DNA from: Podarcis bocagei
Lineage: Eukaryota
Reading direction: 5' to 3' (one strand)
Assembly: GCA_964188305.1 (NCBI GenBank)
Contig: OZ076885.1
DNA: 64,000 bases
How positions within the stretch are numbered: the first letter of the stretch is position 1; the number at the start of each line of letters is the position of its first letter. The notes beneath the pieces are model-generated. The model did not search any database. It was not told where the DNA came from and worked only from the letters and a program-made list of their open reading frames with translations. Of this stretch, positions 33,188 to 46,043 are shown one piece after another. Position numbers and translations under genes: made by a program.

Positions 33188-35898
33188 GTAGGTATCCGCC
33201 TTGAAGCTCCTTGAAGGGAGTGGCTCAGTGATGTAAATTTGATGGAAACCTATAGAAAGTTTTTTTCTGTTGTATTTGTTCAAGTGCTGTACAGAATACA
33301 GCAACTGATGTGAACATAGCGGTTGGCATACAGTTAACCAGAAGGGATTTTAAAGCCTGAGAGGAGAAGATAGGGAATGGTCCTGAACAACACACAACCT
33401 TGCAAGCATTTTGTGTAGTCCTTTGGTGGAGGTGTCCACCAAATAATTGTTTTGTTGGTAAACTTTGAATTATTATATTTAATGCACAGCCTAGGAAACA
33501 CAGCAGGTTAATCAGCAAAAACATAATAGTGATGTGATAGTGACCTATCAGGTGCTTAACACATATGCTTGGGTTTACATATCCCATGTGCAGGCACCAA
33601 AAATGGGAAATTTGTTTAGTTCCATCATACATGACAGGTGAGTTTCTTTGATGTAGTCAGTCAGGAATCAGCATGGCAGGGACAGGGAACCCATAGCTCT
33701 CCAGCTGCTTTTGGACTCCAGCTCCCATCTTCCCTGACCATTGGCCATGCTGGCTATGGCTGATAGGAGCTGGAGGCTATAAGTTCTCTGTCCCTGGAAG
33801 AGGGTTTCACAGCAATTAGTGGAAACAGGTAGAGTTGGATGGCAGTTGAGGCAAAATGTTCCACCATATCTGCCTGGATATTCTACATAATGAATAATTT
33901 GTTTTTAGATGTCAAACTACTATTGTCTAATTCATAATGCAGATGCACTTAAGCCTATTGATTTCTTAAGACTGAACTCTCAACAGGAGCCAAAAGCTGC
34001 CCAGTTCAATCCTTTGTCCAGTAGGGGGCTCTTCCACTCTATTTGTCTCATTACCTACTACTGTGTCAAAGTGATCAAACTTGGACAGGAGAGTAGATTT
34101 CCTTATTAGTTGAATCCTAGATCAATTTAAAAAACAACAACCCTGCCTTTAAAAGTGTCCTGTATAAGGTCTGTAAAAGCAAAAAGTATTTTACACTTTA
34201 TTATTGGAGACGGTAAAGCAACAACAAAAGCAAAAAATAAACTTTTGGCGTAGTGATCAAAGCAGTGATGTGTCGTCAGTTTTCCTTTTACCAAAAATTG
34301 AATTGGGTTCTGAAGCAACAGCTACTCAGGTGAGCTGGAGGTCCCCAAATCTTACTCTAGCCACAAACTATTTAAGTGGCATTAGGAAAGCTGCCATCCT
34401 CTCTCCTCTCCTCCTCCAATATTCATTATGATGTGAGTAATCATATTGGCCTAATGTTTGTTTACTGTGGCAGTGTACGTAAAATACTTTAGATTATCAT
34501 GCTATATAGATATTTTGTTAGTTTAACAAAATCTCCCTTTGTATCTCAGGCTATGCACTCCGATGTTACACTTGCGAACAAAGCCCCTTCCTGTGTAGGA
34601 CAAACCTTACCTGTAGCTACGAAGAAGATGCTTGCTTGCAAATTAGGTTTGGTATGTATAATATGCAGCAGTATATCAGTCTCACTCTTGGTTTGAGTGT
34701 CTCTTGCAGCACGATCCTATACTACTAATAAGCCCTTTCTGAACACTTTCCAACTCTACGATCTGCTTTTTGAGATGAGACAATCTGTACTGCACACAGT
34801 ATGCAAAGTGCAGCCGCACCATAGATTTGCATAGTGGCATTATATGAGAAGCCCTTTTCTCAGAGAGCCCGTTTCATACAATCATCCTTTGGGGCCCATC
34901 CTTATCAGCCTTTCTCAACCTGTGGGTCCCCAGATGTTGTTGAACTACAACTCCCATCACCCCTAGCTAGCAAGGCCAGAGCTCAGGGATGATGGGAGCT
35001 GTGGTCCAACAACATCTGAGGACCCACAGGTTGAGAACCGCTGTGGGCTTAGCTTATGGCAGGCTTCCTCAACCTCGGCCCTCCAGATGTTTTGAGACTA
35101 CAATTCCCAGCATCTCTGAACATTGGTCCTGCTAGCTAGGGATCATGGGAGTTGTAGGCCAACAACATCTGGAGGGCCGAGGTTGAGGAAGCCTGGCTTA
35201 AGGTTATATTATATTTTTACATATCTGCTTCTTTCTTTTGCATAATTTAATTCCAATGTTTAGGGTTTCTTTTTTTAAAAAAGAAGTGGTTTGTTTTTGA
35301 GATGGAGTAGAAGCTAGGAGTGACATGAGTAGATGATTTATCTGCTTGACATGGGATGAGGGCAAAAGCTACGTAGTGCACTAAAGCAGCCCCTTCTGTG
35401 AACAGGAGTCCTTCCGTTCACAAAAGAGCAACTCAAGATCCATTCCAATATTCAATAGGATTATACCCTACATCTATGCAAGAGTACTGCAAAGTACTGA
35501 GACATTTGGTTATTTTTTTTAAAGCTTCCTTATTTACCATATAAACCATATTATAAGTTATGGTATCCTTATAAAGTTATCAAATTAGCAGCTTTTGTTA
35601 AACTTTTTTTTAAAAAAAATCAACGGAAAGCAAATGTATTTTAAGCTGACAAGTTTTCAATTGCTTATTTTGGGGTGTCATTTTTCTTTTTTCTTCTTTT
35701 ACAGTGCATTTGAGAACCTATAGCTGCTGGAAAATGTCACAGTGTACCACAGAACAAGTTGCCAATTACTTTAACGCTGACAGTTTTAGATTCCTTTGTT
35801 GCCAAAGAGACCTCTGCAACAAAAGTTTAAACACCATGGTCAGTACAGTTCCTCTAGCCATTTCTGCAATGACTGTGATTTGGATGATGTTCCTGTGA
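33124..35898 (+). CDS. CD59: CD59 paralog A (GPI-anchored Ly6/uPAR three-finger complement regulator), 119 aa
   Basis: Exons 33124-33187, 34550-34651, 35705-35898 (64+102+194=360 nt; phase-1 introns). Protein MDKMNSILLTIFIIVTVSCSSGYALRCYTCEQSPFLCRTNLTCSYEEDACLQIRFVHLRTYSCWKMSQCTTEQVANYFNADSFRFLCCQRDLCNKSLNTMVSTVPLAISAMTVIWMMFL has a signal peptide, 10 Cys with CD59 spacing, CWK, CCxxDLCN and a hydrophobic GPI tail. It lies downstream of FBXO3, as CD59 does in other amniotes. Confidence 0.93.
34550..34651 (+). CDS. CD59: CD59-A LU-domain exon (first half)
   Basis: tctcag| YALRCYTCEQSPFLCRTNLTCSYEEDACLQIRF |gtatgt; 102 nt; this frame is not in the ORF track. Confidence 0.92.
34906..35195. mobile_element. 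two adjacent hairpin hAT MITEs (34906-35043 and 35060-35195)
   Basis: Near-palindromic elements with CAGATGTT...AACATCTG arms; the second has TSD GCTTATGG / GCTTAAGG. Related copies at ~33680-33795, ~37805-37935 and ~38415-38548. Confidence 0.8.
35705..35898 (+). CDS. CD59: CD59-A terminal exon (second half of LU domain plus GPI signal)
   Basis: Polypyrimidine tract then acag| HLRTYSCWKMSQC...CCQRDLCN...IWMMFL*; AATAAA at 36110-36115. Confidence 0.93.
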
Positions 35899-38800
35899 TA
35901 TGGAGCTTTTAAAAATGTGTTGTCTATACACATCACACTTTTCCATCCTTTTTTTAGTTGATATGTCTGCAGCATTTGGAGAAGGGGTGCATTGTCTTAA
36001 ACCAGAAAAGTATTCAGATACACAAAAGAGAAGGAGCTGCCAGGACAGGTTAAAATCCCCTTTTCAGATAACTTGGAAAACACTCCTGAATGAGAGAAAC
36101 CCATTCTGTAATAAAATGTTCTCAGCCAGTGTATTCTGATGTCCTTTAGCAACTGAGCCAACTCCATGATTCTTAGGGCTGGTCAACAGCCGGGGGGGGG
36201 GGAGGGGGAGGCTGCTTTAATCTGCTCCAGATGGCAGTTCTTATGTAGAAACAAACACATTCTTTCTTAGCTATCTGGAATCTTTCATATCCAACACTTG
36301 CAGAGATGAAAAGAGAACTGTATGTAAAGAGCCATCTACTTAATGGACCTAATACATAAATCATCCCTATTTGTATGGCACATTACATTTCTAGGCGCTT
36401 GATGGCAGAGCAGAGGAATTCCCAATAAAATCAAAATTAAGTCGGCAAGAAAAAATTGACACCAAGACATGACGCTTACTGGCTTAGACTAGCATCCAAA
36501 CCCCCTTGGTACCAGGCTGGGGAAAATTCAGACTGGGCAGCAGTGTCTCTCTGCCTAGCCCTGCAACACAGTCCCTCTGCTGGTGCAGAGCTTTCCATTC
36601 TGCCTGCTGAATGGGTGGGCAGAAGTACTACTGGTGGGATCCTCACCAGTGGTAGGCCACAGTAAGCCCCAAAATTTGGCGTTCTGGGAGGAGCGGAGCC
36701 AGCTGGGATCCCATGCAAGTCCTGCTGCTGTCATTTGACGGCATCGGGCCCAATCTGGGTCTGCTTGCTGCTCCCGTCTGGCACGCAGCAATTTGCCTCT
36801 CCCGCCCGCCCTGCCCCCCACTTCCACCTTGACTGACATAAGTGGCAGGGCAATGGATGCCATGGTGGCTCTGCCAGTCCGTCTCAGTGCATTGCTACCC
36901 TCTCAGCCTCTTTATCTCGCCCTCGGGACTCTCCCTATCCTTACTCCATGCCTTCCTCGAAGCTGGAATGGGTCCTTGACCTGTGATAATGCCTCCTGCT
37001 TCCTTCGATGGAAATGATGCACATAGAAGCCTGCCCTATAAAGAAAAGGGTTGTGTCTACTGATCACTTTGGTCTCTAGCCCTGCTCACCATTGACCTTC
37101 TTGTCCCTGGAAGGAGAAAATTCAGCCCTTGGTCCATGGGCATAGCCAGGATTTTTGTTGGGAGGGGCAGAACCTCAGTTAGCTATGTATTTTTATTGAT
37201 TTAGGGGGGCAGCTGCCCCCTCTTCGCTGAAAAGAACATACCCTGACCCTAGATTCACAGGCAGCTTGTGTTGATGACAATGTTGTTGGTACTGTAGTTT
37301 GATTTGGTCAAAGTCTTATATAAACATATGGAGTGGTGGTGAGTAATTTGCCTCTGCTCAGCTTTAAAATGCTAAAACACTGCAGCAAAATGCTTGTATC
37401 ATTGTTTCATTTGCAGAAGTCTTGCTGCTAAATGTGTAGTAGCCTATATCTGCTGTTTGAACACTTACTTCCTGATCCTTATAGCCCACTTTCATGCAAT
37501 TCCCTCATATAGCAATGAAGCTTACCTTCAGGAAGTGCATTTAGAATTGCAGCCTAATGACATTTCAACTTTGAGTTTAGTGTGAAGACTTTGTCCAATG
37601 AGGGGAGGCTCTTTATACTGTAATCAGATGTGAAACGCATTAGCCTACTATTAGCTGGTATATATGACGGCCTATAGTTATTACTCTTTCTATAGTCATT
37701 CAAGAAACAATGCACTTCTTGCCATGTTTTTTAAACTGCCAATATACTACTAGCATTGCAATAAATGCATTTACTGTGAATAATGCTTATATACTATGTA
37801 TATAGCAAGGGTGGTGAATCTGTGGCCCTCTGGATGTTGTTGAATTCAGATTCCCATTAGTCCTGACCACTGGCCATGCTTGTTGGGACTGATGGTGTAA
37901 CAACTTCAGGGCAGCCACAGGTTCTTGATCCCTGCTATAAAGAGCACATTGGCTTTGTTTACAATTACACCCATTGAATAGACAGTAGCTACTTTTTAGA
38001 ATTCTTCTTTCTTCTGCAATAGTCTTCCATGCATTGGTCTTCCATGTTATTCTTGTGTGTGTATCCTTTCAGGTGGTAATGGGCTAGTTGTGGGGACAAA
38101 AAGCTCTCTCTCCCCACCCAAAAACTTTAGTTGCCGTTAACTTTCACTCCAGGATAGCACACATCTAATTTTCAGCCATTGTATGCAGATAGTGCCACAT
38201 TTTCCATTTATACACAATACATGTTTCATCAACATGGATTTGTTAAACAAACTGTTCAATCACTTGGAACATGACTGGTGATGGTTATTTTTTAAAACAA
38301 CAACTATAAAACAGTAAATAAAACACACTTCTGTGTAATGTGTGGTTGTTTGGAAATTAGGAACATAAGAAGCTGCCTTCTATGAAGCCTTAGCAATGGT
38401 CTATATAGCTTGGTACCAACTTCTCCCAACCTGAGGCCATCCAAATGTTTTAGATTACAACTCTTGTCAGTCCCATACAGCCCAGGCAAAATTCAGAAAT
38501 GATGGGTGATCAAAAACATCTGGATGGACCGAGTTGGGAAAGGCTGGTTTATACTAACTGGCAAGGGAATTTCAGACAGGGCCTCTTTCTAGCCCTTCCT
38601 GGAGATCCCAGGGGTGACATCTTCTGTGTGCAAAACATATGTTCTACCAATGCTATCTTCATACTAAAGCTGTGTCCCCTTTCCAAGTTGTGTTGCATTG
38701 AAGCAATAGCCAAGATCAGGGGTAGACAATGTGATGTCCTTTGCTTGATAAGGACCCCAGCTCCCATCATCCCTGACCAATGCTGGCTGGGAATTGCCGT

Positions 38801-39262
38801 CCAAAACATCTGGCTGGCACCACATTGGCTACCCTTCTCCAAGACTCTTGGACAGTGAAAGCACTTTTTAAGAAGCATAATGTATATGAATGGAAAGGTC
38901 ACATTTCTGCAATCCTACATTTGGGAATCATTGTTCATATTCCCAACTCTTGTCAAATATTTCCTATAGAGTGTAGGCCACATAGAGCCTATAGCAACTT
39001 TGAATCAAAACATTATCCTGTACTGATTACATGTCTATGTTCTGTCTTGATCTTTTTTTAACAAATGTCCACTGAAAAAAATAATACCCAGCTTGCAGCA
39101 TTGTCAAACAGCAGCAAAATTACACTGAGATCAATGGTTATGTTGCACACACAAAGCATTCATGCAGTATTGACACACGGTTTGAAAGCAGCAAGTTATT
39201 TATTTCCAGAAGACTCCAACAAGTGCCTAAGTGCACAGTGAAACCCATTAGCTCACTACAAT

Positions 39263-39393
39263 CAGTGCTTTTTTTTCTTTAGAAAAATAGCTGCTGGTAT
39301 CATGAAGCTGTTATAGCAAGTGGCACACTTTTTAACAACAAAAAAGAGGTGCCAGTACTGCATACCTTTGAGTACCACCTGAAAAAAGCACTG
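39263..39393. mobile_element. hAT MITE
   Basis: TIR CAGTGCTTTTTT / AAAAAAGCACTG; perfect TSD ACTACAAT. Confidence 0.88.
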
Positions 39394-39640
39394 ACTACAA
39401 TAATGTGTAACTATAATAATTTTTCCAATAAAGATTCCAAGTAGAAATGTTGCCAAATTTACCAAAATTTCTACCAGAGCCAGTATTGCATACAGCTTGA
39501 CACAAACATGATTATGTGCATAATATATACATTTTGTGAATAATTTTGCATCTAATCAGTCTGACTTTTTAAAAGAAAAAAGTTCAAACATCTGGTGGTC
39601 ATCAAGTTGGCAAAGGCTGCTGCCAGGCAATATGGAAGAG

Positions 39641-39642
<2 letters not shown>

Positions 39643-39690
<48 letters not shown>
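39643..39690. repeat. (GT)n microsatellite
   Basis: direct reading. Confidence 0.95.
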
Positions 39691-39696
<6 letters not shown>

Positions 39697-41101
39697 GGTC
39701 AACTCCAGGCTGAAGGAGCTGAGGGGTCAGGGGGATGAGAAAAATAAAAATCCCTTTAGGATGGCTAGGTGCAAAAGATGACAGGGGCTCCTAAACTTTT
39801 AACAGTATCTGAGGGAATTTCAGCAGATGTCGTTTGCCTGATAAGCTACACCTGCTGAAATTCCTGCTCCTGCACAGGTATTAAAGGTACAGGAATGTGT
39901 GACTTGCACGTAGCCACCCAGCTTGAGACTGAGGGCTCACTACAGCCCTATTTTAAGCCCCACTTTGAACCTGACTCAGTTGCTGCTGGCAGAGCACTCC
40001 TATATACATCTGCTCAGAGTTAAGTCTCATTAAATTCAGCGGAGCTTATGCCCAGGAAAGTGTGCCTAGGATTGTAGCCTAAGCACCACAGCATCTGAGT
40101 TATATAAATTGGCATAGTTGCAGTGAGTTCCCTAGCCATCAGTTTTATTTCCCCATGTTCTCCAACTTGTGCCTAACAAGCCCTGAAATGACCCTATCAG
40201 TATCCCCAAGGATTGCCCTTTTGTGAATTAATGTGAATGAAATAATCTAGTATAGATAAACAAGCAGGCATGCTTCCTGTAAGTAAAAGAGGTTGAATAA
40301 TTTTTTATAAAGCCATTTTCCCAGTAAGAGAAAGAGAGAGAGAGAAAGCGCATCACACCAGCCAGAATAAGGAAGGACAAAGATACTGTGTGCTTTGAAA
40401 AAGATACAGATATGGATGTGGTGAAAATTGGCTGCAAGCCTGGGAATCAGTTATTGCTAACTGGTGAGAAGAAAAAAAGAAATAGAAGATTAGCAGAGCC
40501 CCAGGTCAGAAAAAGAACAGACACAACAGGATTCTGTCATGGCTGCACAAGATATCACCAAAGAGGCACAAGTAGATAGCTACCTGTGCAAGTATGAAGT
40601 GTAACTGGTAGTGTAAAAACCTGCTAAAGTTAATAACCTGTTAAAGTTAATAAAAAGGTAAAAGAAAATCAAACTGTCTAGATTCCTGCTCTTGCACAGT
40701 GGTTTTGATCACCCACAGGGCACTTTTAAGAAAATAAAAGTAGGAACACCCCCTCAGCCTCTCATTGAGAACACAGGACAATGGTATAGTGCCAAAAGAA
40801 ATTAGCAGTGCTGCAGGCCAACGGGGTAAGCAAGAGAGCTAGGGACTGAAGATATGCACCCACCCAGGTTTGATGTTTAACGGAGCAAACCTATACATGT
40901 CTTCTCAGAACCAAGTTTCACCAAGTGCAATGGGATTTACGCCCAGGTAAGTGAAATAACTCCCTCTCACAGTAACCTCAGGTGATGAGGACCAGCTGAA
41001 ATGGACCCCAAACTGAGCCAGGAACAATGGTATTTAATGAATTCCTACTAAATGTCAGTGTCATATTAGACACAATATTATCCCAGCAATAAACTCCACA
41101 A

Positions 41102-41189
41102 CATAGCTGTCAACTTTTTCCTTTTTAAGGGAAATTCCCTTATTCTGAATAGGATTCCTCACAAGAAAAGGGAAAAGTTGACAGCTATG
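41102..41189. mobile_element. 88-bp hAT MITE (CATAGCTGTCAAC family)
   Basis: TIR CATAGCTGTCAACTTTT / AAAAGTTGACAGCTATG; perfect TSD CTCCACAA at 41094-41101 and 41190-41197. Confidence 0.92.
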
Positions 41190-41893
41190 CTCCACAACTC
41201 AGCCCCTGTAAAATGCACGCATTATTAATATAAACAATTCATCAGAACATTTAAATAATAATACCCCATTAATATGTACAATAAAACATGCAGTCTGCAT
41301 ATTTTAAAATGTCTGAAGGTTCTCCCTCCATTTCATAATCCCCTATAACAGCACATTTATTGTGCAGATCAAGCCCAGCCCACTGAACCTTCACAAGAAT
41401 TTGCCAGGCTATTTATTCCATCCCGCAAAATGTTGGAAGGTGTGTCTTCCTTTATGGCCACGTGGCCAGCCTTGAACTTCTCACACACCCCATCTAAAAG
41501 GGGCCGCCGCTACAATTCAGGGCTGCTCAGAACTGACTTTGTGGAGTAGCAATGCGCACATTTTAGTTTTTCCGACCTGGCACCTGTTTAAATAACGACC
41601 GAGAAACCTCTGACTGGTGACTTTTTCCTCTGATAGCCTTTTTCTCCTTTGGATATTTGGTTTTCAGTAGGCGGGTTCCCAGCTGTGCTTCAACATAAAA
41701 TACAGACGCAGAGCGTCCTTCAGCAGACAGACTCAGATACGGATCTTAAAACTGAAACCCTACTCCGGGGAGGGAGGAAGCGGCGGGGAACCTGCTGGAT
41801 TGGATAGAGAACATCCCGTTTTCTATTTCCAGGCGCTGCAGCTGAGCAATAATTAGCAGGTGATATTTGATCGAGGATCTATCAGAGTTCCGT

Positions 41894-42140
41894 CCTGGGC
41901 GTAGCCAGGAATTATGTTTGCGGGGGGCGGGCGGGCAGGACACCCACCTGGCACCATCCTCTGGCAGATTCGGAATGAAAAGTCTCAAGAACAGTTGTTT
42001 TGAATTACTTTCTTTTGACCCCAAGTGCTCAGAAAAAAATCTCTCAAATTCTTTCTACAGTTTCTACATTTAGTTAAATATTTTTATTGATTGACTTGAT
42101 TTAGGAGGGGGGCAGATGCTCCCCCCCCGCTATGCCCATG
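41894..42140. mobile_element. hAT MITE (CATGGGCGTAGCC family) upstream of the CD59-B promoter
   Basis: CCTGGGCGTAGCCAGGA...GCTATGCCCATG; TSD AGTTCCGT / AGTAGCGT (6/8). Confidence 0.65.
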
Positions 42141-42379
42141 AGTAGCGTTTATTTACCTTTCTTTCACCAGCGACAGAGAGGAGCTGTGTACCATGCATTT
42201 AAAGCATATAAAGTCCCCCAGGTATCCTGGGAACTATAATTTACCTCTCGCCGAGCTACAATTTCCAGCACCTGTAACAAACTACAGCCCCCCCCCCTTT
42301 TTTTTAATGGGAGTCCTGAGCTACAAATTCCTATCAAAGACAGTTTTGGATTTACTGGCAACCGAGCCGTTCCCTCTAG

Positions 42380-43050
42380 TTAACCCATGACGTCACCCTC
42401 TCCGCTAGCCCTTAAGCCAATCAGGAATGCCGCCCTCGGCCAATGAGGCTAAACCGAGGCTGGCTTTTGCTATATAGAAAACAATTTCCCAAGGCAGAGC
42501 AGAGCAGAGCAGAGCAGCCGAGAGGCGTGTGCAGGTAGGAGCACGGAGCAGCCGAGGAGGGGTGAGTGCAAGGGGCCTTTTCTTCCGCCAGGGTTTTCTT
42601 GATCATCAGCGAAACTCCCGCGGCTTCTTCTCCAGTCTTTCCAGCGCCTTCACTCTGTCCCTTTGCGCACCGCGTTGCAAGATGCGAGCGGCGCGAATGG
42701 GGTCGGATCCCTGGGCGGATCCGGGAGGTGGGCGGGGAAAGCGCGTGGAAGGCATTCGGGAGCGGCAGCGGGACCGAAATAGTTGCCCACTTAGCAGGCC
42801 GGTCTCGCGGAGAAGCCGAGGCAGGCGCAGCAATGCCCGGTTTCAGCGCGGGGCTTGGAGGACCCGGCGCCGATATCCCCCCCTCCCGCGGTACGAAGCG
42901 AAGGGAAATGCGCGCCTTTAGATGCTGGGGGAGAGGTTTCCGTCACGCTGGAGATCATTATCGTTATTTATATAATAAATGCACAGGCGTGTCGTATATA
43001 AGACCCTTCCCAGCTCGTTGCTCATTCCGGCGCATGGGCAGGGCCATAGG
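42380..43050 (+). promoter_or_regulatory. CD59-B promoter, non-coding exon 1 and CpG island
   Basis: TGACGTCA (CRE) 42388-42395; CCAAT at 42417 and 42440; CCGCCC ~42430; TATATAGA 42471-42478; strong donor GG|GTGAGT at 42561/42562 (alternative CAG|GTAGGA at 42534); CpG-rich to ~43050. Confidence 0.75.
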
Positions 43051-43164
43051 CGTAGCCTTAAATATAAATAATCAATAAATCAATAAAAGTGCTTAACTGA
43101 GGCTCTGTCCTCCCCCAACAAAAGCTTGCTGCCCCCCCCCCCGCAAATCCTGGCTACGCCCATG
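43045..43164. mobile_element. hAT MITE (CATGGGCGTAGCC family), inverted relative to the 41894 copy
   Basis: CATAGGCGTAGCC...GGCTACGCCCATG; TSD GGCAGGGC / CGCAGGGC (7/8); a third partial copy lies at ~37135-37230. Confidence 0.78.
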
Positions 43165-43357
43165 CGCAGGGCCTTGGTGGGGAACTGGATTCACTACATT
43201 TCTGTATGATCCGGATCGGTTGCACTGGGAGTTGGGGGGAAATAATGGAAGTCTGTCTCGGTCTCTAGAGGCGGTGGCTTGTCTACTTAGCGATGGTCTT
43301 TGAGGTACCTACCTGACTATATCTCGCAGTAGGAACCTGTAATGTGCACACCTGCCA

Positions 43358-43594
43358 TTTGGATTTGATATCCCGCCTTTCACTCCCCTTCAGGAGTCTC
43401 AAAGCGGCTCACATTCTCCTTTCCCTTCCTCCCCCACAACAAACACTCTGTGAGGTGAGTGGGGCTGAGAGACTTCAAAGAAGTGTGACTAGCCCAAGAT
43501 CACCCAACAGCTGCATGTGGAGGAGCGGGGATGCGAACCCGGTTCCCCAGATTACGAGTCCACTGCTCTTAACCACTACACCACACTGGCTCTC
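43358..43594 (-). mobile_element. tRNA-derived CORE-type SINE (MIR/Squam3-like)
   Basis: Minus strand reads GAGAGCCAGTGTGGTGTAGTGGTTAAGAGC (A box)...GGGTTCGCATCCC (B box), then a CORE-like body and an L2-like 3' end. Confidence 0.8.
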
Positions 43595-45979
43595 ACCAGT
43601 GTTTATTCTCCTGGGGGGGGGGGATGTTATTGTAAAGGTATGAAATTTAACAAGAGGAAAGAGGGGAGGTGTAAAATAGCACCCTACATTTCACAAGGCA
43701 AAATGTTACACGAAGGTGCTGCAGACCCAGCCTGGTATGACCTAACCCTACTTGCTTGTGGAAAGTTTGCTGCCTACTGAGGAATATGTATGGGTGTGGC
43801 CCCTGGCTGATTTTTCATCTGGGCCTCTAGAGCAGAGCTTTCCAGACTTTCCATGTTGGTGACATGCATCATTTCGCAAAACAGTAATTAAGTTTTACTA
43901 GCAAACCAGAGGTTAAACTCTTTCCAGCCCTGGGAGGAGCGCCCTGAGCATTCACGCAACACACCTACACACTGCAGCCCACACACTAACATGTCGGAGC
44001 ACCTCTTCCGTTGGAGAGGAATTCATCCTGTTTTGTTATTACTTCAAAGTGAACTGTTGTGTGGGGCAACCAAAAAAGGGAATGAGCTGCATTGCTGAGT
44101 TCAATTCTGGTCCAGTCTGTAGGCACCATGAAAGCAAAACTGAAGGAAGGAAACTTTGGCCAAGAAGCTTTGACTGAGGTGTCAAACAGGCAGAAATGTT
44201 TTGTTAGAAGTATAAATACTGATAAGACCGCAGTCCAGATAAGAGGGTACACCAGTTTTAAGAAGAAAAGAGCTTTGTTACTCCATGCAGCTAGCGGTGC
44301 TGGGTGATAAGGTTTGATACCACATCAAGCCCATAAATAACGGAAACCGTTTTTGCAGTTTTCTCGTCTTGTCACTGCTACAGAATGAATTTTAGTTGAG
44401 TGTAAAAGAGAGAATTAAAGCAACAAGTCATCAAACCGGAAATGGTTTTTTGGATGTTTGGGAACAGAGTAGTCTTATTTTTATCCTCTGGATTCAATCT
44501 TAGTTTCATTGTTTCCACACAAAGTTTTTCCTGATGTCTTTTGTGCTGTGGTATATTTTGTCTGCAGAAGAAAAACATCGCTTTCAGATTCCATTCTTGT
44601 TGCTAGTAAAGAAACATTTTTCTTTGATTTTTACCTGGGCTAATCCTCAGTTTTGAATTTCCTGGATGCTATATATTGGCTGTGAATCCAAGAACTAAGG
44701 AGCTTGTTTCCATTCCTGGGATTCCATTGGTAGATAAGTTTTTCTCAAGCTAGAAGGCCAAGTAGTTAGGACAACTAGGCTTATACAATATGCTTTTAAT
44801 AGTGGTGTTTAGGTGGGGTGTTTAACTGGTGGAGTTTTTGTGGTCCAATATAGTATTCAGCAATGGTTAAATAAGTTGTACTTGATTACAGTACATAAGA
44901 TTATAATTTTGTACATAACAGCCACTTTGTATTTTCCTTACCCGAAGATTCATCCATATATGATGCGCTATTAGATTTCTCTTTGGTCAGAGGAGGTTGG
45001 TCCATGAGGGCAAATGGGGCACTACCCCCAACTTCAGTTGACGCTCACCTGCCTCCTTACTTAGAACCAGCCCAGAGGGTGGCACTGGCTATCCATTTCC
45101 ACCTCCTCAATGTTGGCGTTGTAGCCTGATGAGGGTGGGGGACAAGCCAAGACTTAGTTGTCTCCACCTGTCTCTGGCTCGAACTACAATTGGTCTCCTT
45201 ACATTCTGCCCCTGTGGTAACATAGGATAGGGCATATAGAAAATGGGTGACATGCCAGTCCTTGTAATTTTTTTCTGCACCACACATTCGCAGTATTACC
45301 AGTTTTGTGCAAGACTGCTGTTTTGGCCTTCTCATTAGTGCTGCTACTTTTTTCTTGCTCCAGAACAGCTTGATTAAACTACGATTTGCCAAAATAAATA
45401 GAATTGTGGCTGCAAATAAAGTTATTGGCACCAAAGAGGGATTGGAGTGGTTGTGCATCACTGGGTAAAGGGTCTCATTAAGGGGTGGCAATGAGAGTTT
45501 GGTGTAGAAATTGGGCGGATTTGCCCACAATTTAAGAGATGCAAGCAAATTTCACTCTTGTGTAAGACCTCTGTTAAGCAAACAGAAATGGGTGTTGCGC
45601 CCCACAAAAAAGCACATGCCTCCATTTTGCTCATTGTGAGGCATGTTAACAAAGGATGGTAACATTTGCTTTTGTGGAATTGTGCAGGTTGGTTGGTTGC
45701 TGTAGTGGAAGTCTACACAAGGTTTTCCACTAACACAGCTGGGCTTGCCTCTCTTCCTCCAACAAAATGCTCTGAAATTGGCTCTGGTGGGGGTTTGGAG
45801 GATTCCAGAACAGCTCAAGGATGGGAGGAGATAGGAGATTGTTCCATCTGGCAAGTTGAAAAGATTCTGCTGACAGAACAGTTGCCGTAGTGCTACATTG
45901 AATTGTTTCAGAACATCCAGTACCAACCAAACTGTGTTTTTGCTTTATAGTCTAAGGCTGGAAAAATAATAACTGGAAG

Positions 45980-46043
45980 ATGAAGACTCTAGTTACCACC
46001 GTTTTGATCGCCACATTCGTTCTGACTTTGTTCAGCCACTTTG
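45980..46043 (+). CDS. CD59: CD59-B signal-peptide exon
   Basis: Acceptor tgctttatag| with exon start at 45951; aagATGa; donor G|gtaagt; not in the ORF track. Confidence 0.88.
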
